A stretch of 32,000 nucleotides of DNA from Candidatus Kuenenia stuttgartensis. Lineage in GTDB: Bacteria > Planctomycetota > Brocadiia > Brocadiales > Brocadiaceae. A model generated the notes under the pieces. That model ran no database searches. It saw only the letters and a list, made by a program, of their open reading frames with translations, and was not told where the DNA came from. Every line of letters begins with the position of its first letter. The stretch's first letter is position 1. Below are positions 20,891 through 30,334 of this stretch, piece by piece. The translations under genes and the position numbers were made by a program. The stretch spans positions 2,940,001 to 2,972,000 of the forward strand of contig NZ_LT934425.1 in the NCBI RefSeq assembly GCF_900232105.1, in the 5' to 3' direction.

Positions 20891-22330
20891 ATGAAAAGAA
20901 ACAGCATATTGAGCTATATAGGGATAATCTGTATTTCGCTGGTATTCAAAGGCTGTGCGCCTATGTTGTCACAAAAAACAGAAAATAGCAGCGTTCCTGA
21001 AAGTTATAATAATGTACAGGATACAGTCAATACGGCAGAGGTTAGTTGGATGAAATTTTTCACCGATACCAGTCTTATAGCCCTGATTGATACCGCACTG
21101 CAAAACAACCAGGAACTGAATATCACTTTGCAGGAAATTATCATTGCCGAAAATGAAGTACAAGCCAGAAAAGGGGAATATCTGCCTTTTGTAAATCTTA
21201 AGATGGGAGCCGGGGCTGAAAAGGTGGGCGAGTTTACCAGAAATGGGGCTGTTGAAGAAAACCTTGATATTAAATCCGGTAAGGAGTTCCCTGAACCACT
21301 GCCGGATTATTTGATATCTGCCAATGTTTCATGGGAAGTGGATATATGGAAAAAGTTGCGGAATGCCAAAAAAGCAGCAGCATTGAGGTATCTGTCCACA
21401 ATTGAAGGGAAAAATTTCATAGTAACTAAGCTGATTGCCGAAATATCCAGTTCTTATTACGAACTGATGGCGCTCGATAACATGCTTGAAGTAGTAAAAA
21501 AGTACATTGAAATCCAAAAAAATGCCCTGAAAACCGTAAAGCTACAGAAAGAAGCAGCTAAAGCCACCGAACTGGCAGTGCGTAAGTTTGAAGCAGAGGT
21601 GCTCAAAAACCAAAGTTATCAGTACAATATTGAACAAAAGATCACGGAAACGGAGAACAGGATCAATTTCCTGGTGGGTAGATTCCCACAGCCTGTTCAG
21701 CGAAATTCTCAGGGATATAATGATTTGGTGCCAGACACGATCCATGCCGGTCTCCCATCACAATTATTGACCAACCGTCCTGACATTAAACAAGCAGAAC
21801 TGGAGCTGGCAGCAGCAAAGCTGGATGTGAAAGTGGCGAGAGCACGGTTTTACCCTTCTTTAGACATTGTTGCAGGTGTAGGTTACCAGGCATTTGATCT
21901 GAAGTATTTAATAAGAACGCCAGAATCCATACTGTATAACCTGGCCGGAGAGTTGGCGGTACCCCTGATCAACAGAAACGCAATAAAGGCGACTTACAAC
22001 AATGCAAACGCAAAGCAAATACAGGCTGTTTACAATTACGAACGTACCGTTCTGAACGCTTACATTGAGGTTGTCAATAAACTGTCAAAGATCAGTAACC
22101 TGGGAAAAAATTATGACCTGAAGGCAAAGCAGGTGCAGGCGCTTACCCAGTCGATTACTATTGCAGATAACCTGTTCAAATCAGCCAGGGCCGATTATCT
22201 GGAAGTGTTAATGACCCAACGTGATGCGTTGGAAGCGAAAATGGAACTGATTGAAACGAAAGTACAGCAAATGAACGCAATGGTTAATATTTACCAGGCA
22301 TTGGGTGGGGGATGGAAGTCGATTATGTGA
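20891..22330 (+). CDS. TolC/OprM (NodT)-like outer membrane efflux lipoprotein
   Basis: Lipobox VFKGCAP; LLTNRPDIKQAELELAAAKLDVKVARARFYPSLDI typical of OprM-type proteins; third gene of the operon. Confidence 0.94.
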   Translation: MKRNSILSYIGIICISLVFKGCAPMLSQKTENSSVPESYNNVQDTVNTAEVSWMKFFTDTSLIALIDTALQNNQELNITLQEIIIAENEVQARKGEYLPFVNLKMGAGAEKVGEFTRNGAVEENLDIKSGKEFPEPLPDYLISANVSWEVDIWKKLRNAKKAAALRYLSTIEGKNFIVTKLIAEISSSYYELMALDNMLEVVKKYIEIQKNALKTVKLQKEAAKATELAVRKFEAEVLKNQSYQYNIEQKITETENRINFLVGRFPQPVQRNSQGYNDLVPDTIHAGLPSQLLTNRPDIKQAELELAAAKLDVKVARARFYPSLDIVAGVGYQAFDLKYLIRTPESILYNLAGELAVPLINRNAIKATYNNANAKQIQAVYNYERTVLNAYIEVVNKLSKISNLGKNYDLKAKQVQALTQSITIADNLFKSARADYLEVLMTQRDALEAKMELIETKVQQMNAMVNIYQALGGGWKSIM

Positions 22331-22334
22331 TATA

Positions 22335-22491
22335 CTAGTACATCGTTTCGTTAAAATGTGTACGTAAAAAAATGTCATCGCGAGGGGTGGAGCGACGAAG
22401 CAATCTCTTGTTCCCAAAAAACTTAAGATTGCTTCGCTGTCGCTTGCAATGACGGTATCAATGTAGATATTTTAATGAAATGCCATACTAG
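22335..22491. mobile_element. MITE-like palindromic element with imperfect 29-bp terminal inverted repeats
   Basis: CTAGTACATCGTTTCGTTAAAATGTGTAC (22335-22363) versus reverse complement of 22463-22491, CTAGTATGGCATTTCATTAAAATATCTAC (22/29 identical); internal GTCATCGCGAGG...GAAGCAATCT / AGATTGCTTCG...CAATGAC palindrome. Confidence 0.6.
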
Positions 22492-22504
22492 GTAGAATGA
22501 AAAC
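22489..22504 (-). CRISPR. Truncated fossil CRISPR repeat (TAGGTAGAATGAAAAC)
   Basis: 16 nt identical to the end of the array repeat, abutting the MITE-like element. Confidence 0.75.
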
Positions 22505-22560
22505 GAGGGCGGATAGCGGCTGGGTTTTTCCAGTTTCAAATTCTCATAGGTAGAATGAAA

Positions 22561-22787
22561 GTAACTATTCAGCGTAAACGATACACGGCTCGTTCCCAAA
22601 CTCCAGTTTGGGAACGCAATTGTTCGAGAAACTCCGGTTTCTCGCCTGTTTGCTGATAGATAGGGAATAAAATCACAGGGTTAAGACAGTTTGTAATTTG
22701 TAAAGTCAGACCCTCACCGGAAACAAAGTTTCCCGTGCAATTACGTTCTGATCTCCGGTAGTTTAATAAATTACGCTGAATAGTTAC
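22561..22787. mobile_element. 227-bp MITE inserted inside a CRISPR repeat, perfect 17-bp TIRs and 8-bp target-site duplication
   Basis: TIRs GTAACTATTCAGCGTAA (22561-22577) and TTACGCTGAATAGTTAC (22771-22787); flanking duplication GAATGAAA (22553-22560 and 22788-22795); no coding capacity. Confidence 0.88.
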
Positions 22788-22832
22788 GAATGAAAACTCG
22801 CGGCGGGTAAGGTACAGCCACTCAAATAGTTG

Positions 22833-25800
22833 GTTTCAATTCCTCATAGGTAGAATGAAAACTCATTATAATAGTGCAACTTGTAATTCTCCCGTACCCG
22901 TTTCAATTCCTCATAGGTAGAATGAAAACACAAACGTGCAGATTAATAATACAGTTAGTGAAGGCCTGTTTCAATTCCTCATAGGTAGAATGAAAACAAG
23001 TTGCCGGAAAGTTGTATCAATCGGGAAAGTTTGTTTCAATTCCTCATAGGTAGAATGAAAACCGCGATCTTTGTGTTGCAGAAGACGAACAAGTTATTGG
23101 TTTCAATTCCTCATAGGTAGAATGAAAACATCCTGTCGCTTTTGGAAAGTGGATTTCGCCATCTTGTTTCAATTCCTCATAGGTAGAATGAAAACGCAGC
23201 TCGAATGGGCAAGGCATGTCGCGGCGCACGCGTTTCAATTCCTCATAGGTAGAATGAAAACGCTGGAGAGGCCACATTATAAAGGAGATATGGGAAAGTT
23301 TCAATTCCTCATAGGTAGAATGAAAACACTTCCATGACGAGACGGTGCTCTGGTACGTACCCGGTTTCAATTCCTCATAGGTAGAATGAAAACCAGGCGG
23401 CATCGATCCAATGTGCTTTGGGATAATCCGTTTCAATTCCTCATAGGTAGAATGAAAACAAAACTGTCAACATAAATTAACGAATGGTTTTTGCACGTTT
23501 CAATTCCTCATAGGTAGAATGAAAACTCGTCTTTCTCTCGTATTTCCCTGTATTCGTCTATCTGTTTCAATTCCTCATAGGTAGAATGAAAACTCTCGTT
23601 TAGAGTTAATGTATGGACTAGGACAAAGTTAGTTTCAATTCCTCATAGGTAGAATGAAAACGTCTGTCCGTATCCATTGCTGTCCTTTTTGCGGCTGTTT
23701 CAATCCCTCATAGGTAGAATGAAAACATTCACATAGAGAGACACTTAATATCCCTGCAATGTAGTTTCAATTCCTCATAGGTAGAATGAAAACATGAATT
23801 AAGCATTATGATTAAAATGAATTCTCAGAAGTTTCAATTCCTCATAGGTAGAATGAAAACCAAAAATCAAATGCTTCTGCATTTCCTTTTGAAAAAGTTT
23901 CAATTCCTCATAGGTAGAATGAAAACCATGCATATTTGGTAAATTCCCTAATGCAACATTTAAGTTTCAATTCCTCATAGGTAGAATGAAAACAAGGATT
24001 TTTTTGACGTCTCGAAAACTGGAAGTGTCGTTTCAATTCCTCATAGGTAGAATGAAAACCTGAATGCCAGGCGCAAAAGGAATTTGAAAAGGCGCGTTTC
24101 AATTCCTCATAGGTAGAATGAAAACCAAACTGTAGAGATGTTGGGAAACTGGACATTGCATTGTTTCAATTCCTCATAGGTAGAATGAAAACCAACCGCT
24201 GTAAAACAAATTTTTACGAGAAACATGGGTTTCAATTCCTCATAGGTAGAATGAAAACACTCAAGGGAACATTACATCAAGGACTTTATTGTCTTTGTTT
24301 CAATTCCTCATAGGTAGAATGAAAACGCGATAAATATTTTGTTTGTTCAAGTTGTAGAGATGTGTTTCAATTCCTCATAGGTAGAATGAAAACATTAAAA
24401 TCATAGCGAATAATAAAACTACTTACACTGGTTTCAATTCCTCATAGGTAGAATGAAAACGAAAAATGGCTAGTTCAGAAAAGAAAAATCGAACTCTGTT
24501 TCAATTCCTCATAGGTAGAATGAAAACGTCGTGCCGGGGGTGGAAAATTATTCACACGCGCAAGGTGGTTTCAATTCCTCATAGGTAGAATGAAAACGAT
24601 GCAGGATTCAAGGCAAAAATAGATGCCCTTCGGTTTCAATTCCTCATAGGTAGAATGAAAACTCGATTGCGTTCCCCGGCGTTGTCTCTAAGAATCCAGT
24701 TTCAATTCCTCATAGGTAGAATGAAAACAAACAAATACTCGCTAACATCCTCCCCCCGAACGAAGTTTCAATTCCTCATAGGTAGAATGAAAACTTGTGC
24801 CGCCAGTAAAATAATCAACCAGCCATTGCGTTTCAATTCCTCATAGGTAGAATGAAAACGGATTGGGTTTGGCGGGGCACTGGCTTTTGAACAAATGTTT
24901 CAATTCCTCATAGGTAGAATGAAAACATAAACTCCATTCTTTTCAAGTTTGCAGTCCATTGTCTGTTTCAATTCCTCATAGGTAGAATGAAAACCCCAGT
25001 TCAAATCCCAGGACGCAGGGATTTAACTTCGTTTCAATTCCTCATAGGTAGAATGAAAACTGTATTCCATGTATAGGCGTTTTCAATGCAATCTTCCAAG
25101 TTTCAATTCCTCATAGGTAGAATGAAAACGAAACTGCTGGGGACTATACCACTTTTGCGCCTTATCGGTTTCAATTCCTCATAGGTAGAATGAAAACCCG
25201 ATGCTTGTTTTTCCTCTCCGCTCATTTCCCCCGGTTTCAATTCCTCATAGGTAGAATGAAAACTTATTAATTGAAGAAATTTTTAGCGCGTCTGTGAGGG
25301 TTTCAATTCCTCATAGGTAGAATGAAAACTGAGACAACAACGATTGGATAGGTGGTATGATAGGCGTTTCAATTCCTCATAGGTAGAATGAAAACCAGAC
25401 AAATCCTGAATCTCTTTACCAATATTTTCCCGAGTTTCAATTCCTCATAGGTAGAATGAAAACGTAAAGAGGCATTAGCAACAGGCAGGGTACTGACCCG
25501 TTTCAATTCCTCATAGGTAGAATGAAAACATAAATCACATAACATTAATATATCATTATCAATATAGTTTCAATTCCTCATAGGTAGAATGAAAACCCGC
25601 CTCTGTTCAGCTTTTCGTTCTGTTTCTGTCTTGTTTCAATTCCTCATAGGTAGAATGAAAACGGCTATGCAGTACCAATACGTTGCGAGGTGGACTAGTT
25701 TCAATTCCTCATAGGTAGAATGAAAACGCGCTATAGAATCAAGTACCATGCTTGCCATATTCGTTTCAATTCCTCATAGGTAGAATGAAAACGCTTTTCC

Positions 25801-28800
25801 ACCGTCTTGAAAAAAGAGGAAAAGATAAGTTTCAATTCCTCATAGGTAGAATGAAAACTTTTAGAAGTGTCTAATAGATTTTGGGGGATAGAGGAAGTTT
25901 CAATTCCTCATAGGTAGAATGAAAACCAACTGCGGCGTTAACCCTTGCATTAGTATAATATGTTTCAATTCCTCATAGGTAGAATGAAAACCCTGCAATC
26001 ATCCTTTAAACCTTTATGCTTCAAACAGTTTCAATTCCTCATAGGTAGAATGAAAACTTGCATATCTACCTATGTAATTTTGTGCAAGGATTATGTTTCA
26101 ATTCCTCATAGGTAGAATGAAAACTTAAATTTAGAATGGGATTTCGTCAAATTTTGGTTCTGTTTCAATTCCTCATAGGTAGAATGAAAACGATTACTAT
26201 TATCAATTATATTTCGGACATAATACTTGTTTCAATTCCTCATAGGTAGAATGAAAACTAAAGTTTGTCCGAATTGCCTAATTCGCAAAGGGAATTGTTT
26301 CAATTCCTCATAGGTAGAATGAAAACAAAAACAAACATTGTTTCGGGCCACGGCAATAATTTAGTTTCAATTCCTCATAGGTAGAATGAAAACGGCAGTT
26401 CTACATTATATGTCTTTTTCTTTAACACTGTTTCAATTCCTCATAGGTAGAATGAAAACCTATATCTTTTCCTCCAACATAATATATTATGTTTTTGTTT
26501 CAATTCCTCATAGGTAGAATGAAAACGCACTACAAACACAACATTATCGCTGAGGGGGAAGAAGTTTCAATTCCTCATAGGTAGAATGAAAACGTTTTTG
26601 TTGTCTCAATATTCATTTCGGCTCCTTTTCGTTTCAATTCCTCATAGGTAGAATGAAAACATATAAAATTGTAACCGCAACACAAATGTACATCGTTAGT
26701 TTCAATTCCTCATAGGTAGAATGAAAACTTGTACCCGGATTGCTGAATTGCACAAAGCTGGGTTTCAATTCCTCATAGGTAGAATGAAAACGGTACTAAG
26801 GTACTAAGGTACTAAGGATAATACCAGGTTTCAATTCCTCATAGGTAGAATGAAAACTTGGAATTATGCAGAACTCTTTGATAAATTGGAAATAAAGTTT
26901 CAATTCCTCATAGGTAGAATGAAAACATAATTACAAACAGTAACATTATCGCCCAAACGATGTTTCAATTCCTCATAGGTAGAATGAAAACGGAAACGCT
27001 TGATACAGCTTTTCCAGCACATCTAGAGTTTCAATTCCTCATAGGTAGAATGAAAACCTGCTGCAAAGATTGCCAAAAGAAAAGCATTGCGGGTTTCAAT
27101 TCCTCATAGGTAGAATGAAAACCTGGCGTAGGTATTACGCTTACAGCCGCAAGACTGGGTTTCAATTCCTCATAGGTAGAATGAAAACGGGCATTGCACG
27201 CACAAGAATGGTTTTTAGGAAAAAGTTTCAATTCCTCATAGGTAGAATGAAAACGCTCAATTCCGCGAAAAGGCATTAGCAACGCTTGCGGGTTTCAATT
27301 CCTCATAGGTAGAATGAAAACTACCGGCATTTCAAAAAGAAGTAGAAGATTACTTCAAGTTTCAATTCCTCATAGGTAGAATGAAAACTGTGGCAAAAGA
27401 ATCCAGTATAATAGATTTCGGGTTGTGTTTCAATTCCTCATAGGTAGAATGAAAACCTTCAAATTCTCACGCCGTGGTTGATATGGAATTTTATGAGTTT
27501 CAATTCCTCATAGGTAGAATGAAAACAAATCCGAATGGAGCTGCAAGACCGGATTTCTTCCCTGTTTCAATTCCTCATAGGTAGAATGAAAACTAGATAT
27601 TGGAATTAAAACTATTAGTGGAATTAATTAGTTTCAATTCCTCATAGGTAGAATGAAAACTCAAGGGAACATTACATCAGGGACTTTATTGTCTTTGTTT
27701 CAATTCCTCATAGGTAGAATGAAAACTCTTTTTGGACACCCAAATAACCACATTAAACATATGTTTCAATTCCTCATAGGTAGAATGAAAACAATTCTTA
27801 AAAAAGATTTTCCTAAAGAAAGATTAAAGTTTCAATTCCTCATAGGTAGAATGAAAACGAATGGTTTTTCCACCTAACTTTGTTGTAGGCATTGTTTCAA
27901 TTCCTCATAGGTAGAATGAAAACTTTATTGCACTTGAATGGCAATGACCAATTATTATGTGTTTCAATTCCTCATAGGTAGAATGAAAACCCCCGATAGT
28001 AAACAACCATTCTTTGGACTTAGGGGTTTCAATTCCTCATAGGTAGAATGAAAACGCAAATTAAATAAACTTTTTGCTTCGATCTTGCACTCGTTTCAAT
28101 TCCTCATAGGTAGAATGAAAACTGGTATCCCTATCGCAGATGGAAGCGGCAAAATCGAGTTTCAATTCCTCATAGGTAGAATGAAAACGGCAGTACAAAT
28201 AAATATTATACAGACGCAAGGGTTAAGTTTCAATTCCTCATAGGTAGAATGAAAACGATAAATATCCCGTAGTACCGCTACCAGTCACGCTTTGGTTTCA
28301 ATTCCTCATAGGTAGAATGAAAACATTGAAATCGTACCGTATTTTAAGCGTGCTTGTGGTGGTTTCAATTCCTCATAGGTAGAATGAAAACTTGGTTCTG
28401 GCGTAACCGGAACAAGTACTTCTACGGGGTTTCAATTCCTCATAGGTAGAATGAAAACTACACAGACGCAAGGGTTAATGCTGCCGTTGGAAGTTGTTTC
28501 AATTCCTCATAGGTAGAATGAAAACTTATCTGTGCCGGTGCCGGCATTAGACAGGATGTACGAGTTTCAATTCCTCATAGGTAGAATGAAAACTTTTAGA
28601 CTCTGGCGAGATTTTGAGCGGTAATATTTAGTTTCAATTCCTCATAGGTAGAATGAAAACGTTTGCTTTTTCTTTGTTCAAAGCATGCCATTTTTTGTTT
28701 CAATTCCTCATAGGTAGAATGAAAACATTTTAAATTATTTTATTATTTTATTATTTTAATATGTTTCAATTCCTCATAGGTAGAATGAAAACCCAAGAAG

Positions 28801-29923
28801 GAGATTATGTTTGGGTTCAGTTGCAAGAGTTTCAATTCCTCATAGGTAGAATGAAAACAGATGAAAATGGTATGCTTTTTGAGAAGTATGGAAAAGGTTT
28901 CAATTCCTCATAGGTAGAATGAAAACAACTCACTCAGTGGTGAAAACCATCGAGGGTAGCAGGTTTCAATTCCTCATAGGTAGAATGAAAACGGACATAT
29001 TTTCTGGTTTGTTCATAATTATAGTCTAGTTTCAATTCCTCATAGGTAGAATGAAAACGGTATGCTGCGCATAAAGAAGATCGAAAAATTTACAGTTTCA
29101 ATTCCTCATAGGTAGAATGAAAACGGTTTTGTCAAATTTGCGCAAGAAGGAGATTATGTTGTTTCAATTCCTCATAGGTAGAATGAAAACGCAAGCCATT
29201 AAAAAGTCTTAAAAATGGTTCGGTTTCTTGTTTCAATTCCTCATAGGTAGAATGAAAACCAGTGCAGTGCAGTGCAGTGCGTAGCACTGAAGCACGTTTC
29301 AATTCCTCATAGGTAGAATGAAAACCTTAAAGAAACGCAGGAAAGAAAAGCTAAATATTTGGTTTCAATTCCTCATAGGTAGAATGAAAACACTTAAAGA
29401 AACGCAGGAAAGAAAAGCTAAATATTTGGTTTCAATTCCTCATAGGTAGAATGAAAACTTAAACTAAAGGCAAAAAAAGCCTATGCCGAAAACCCGTTTC
29501 AATTCCTCATAGGTAGAATGAAAACCAAAAAATCGCATTTTTCATGGGGTTTTTCAACAGCAGTTTCAATTCCTCATAGGTAGAATGAAAACAAATTATT
29601 AGAAAAGCAAAAAGTTTTTGCAAAACTAGGTTTCAATTCCTCATAGGTAGAATGAAAACGTTAGAGAATATCTTAAAAAGGAGAAAAAGCCTAAGTTTCA
29701 ATTCCTCATAGGTAGAATGAAAACGCATGATGGGGAAGATTATTGTCAAGATTGTTTTGAGTTTCAATTCCTCATAGGTAGAATGAAAACGTAGTAAAAT
29801 CAATACAGACCGGAGATATAATAATATGTTTCAATTCCTCATAGGTAGAATGAAAACTTATTGCCGTATCTCTTACATATGCTCTAAACAATTGTTTCAA
29901 TTCCTCATAGGTAGAATGAAAAC
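22833..29923 (-). CRISPR. Large CRISPR array, 107 repeats by hand count (106 spacers, mostly 35-38 nt), 30-bp repeat
   Basis: Repeat GTTTCAATTCCTCATAGGTAGAATGAAAAC; reverse complement GTTTTCATTCTACCTATGAGGAATTGAAAC ends in the ATTGAAAC handle, so the crRNA strand is probably minus. Decayed units at 22489-22832 are on the far side from cas. Confidence 0.99.
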
Positions 29924-30061
29924 CAGCCATTTAAGCGAGATAAGACGTTCTGCAGCGCTTTTTAAACAATTTTAAAAGGAAAAATGCCATAAATTTCTAA
30001 AAATGTTATACATTTTCTGTCGATCTTTAATAGATTTTTCTGTATCAAAGGTCGACAGATG
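29924..30061 (-). promoter_or_regulatory. Probable CRISPR leader (138 bp) between cas2 and the array
   Basis: AT-rich non-coding stretch between the cas2 stop and the last perfect repeat, upstream of the array in the inferred transcription direction; contains an inverted repeat at 30017-30028/30047-30058. Confidence 0.7.
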
Positions 30062-30334
30062 TTAAATAAATTGAATATCATCCTTTTTATCCATGCCATA
30101 AACACATCTATCATAGTATTTCATTTGTCTGAATTTATAAACGATAATTGAATCGTTATCTTCACTTTTAATTATTTTTTTAAGTTCTAAAATCATTTTT
30201 TCATATGCAGCTTCTGATATTTCACCTTCAAAAACCGAATTTTGAACCCATTGAAGATACTTACGGCAAGCCTTCACCATTTTTCCGCAATGCTTACTGT
30301 TGACATCATAGTACAATATAACAAACATTACCAA
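30062..30334 (-). CDS. cas2: CRISPR-associated endonuclease Cas2
   Basis: MVMFVILYYDVNSKHCGKMVKACRKYLQWVQNSVFEGEIS... typical Cas2. Confidence 0.95.
   Translation of the reverse strand: MVMFVILYYDVNSKHCGKMVKACRKYLQWVQNSVFEGEISEAAYEKMILELKKIIKSEDNDSIIVYKFRQMKYYDRCVYGMDKKDDIQFI

Noticed and set aside
26535-26961. Possible related spacer pair GCACTACAAACACAACATTATCGC... and ATAATTACAAACAGTAACATTATCGC...
   Set aside because: Similarity requires an indel and the shared frame is not open; too weak to claim a common target.
25464-27291. Short shared string AGGCATTAGCAAC in two spacers (near 25470 and 27270)
   Set aside because: Only about 13 nt shared and in different best frames; compatible with chance in over 100 spacers.
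23044-27877. ORFs 23044-23436, 23071-23337, 23908-24156, 24655-24846, 27031-27282, 27070-27279 and 27653-27877 with repeated peptides (FHSTYEELK, FQFLIGRMK)
   Set aside because: They are translations of the CRISPR repeat read through spacers, not proteins.
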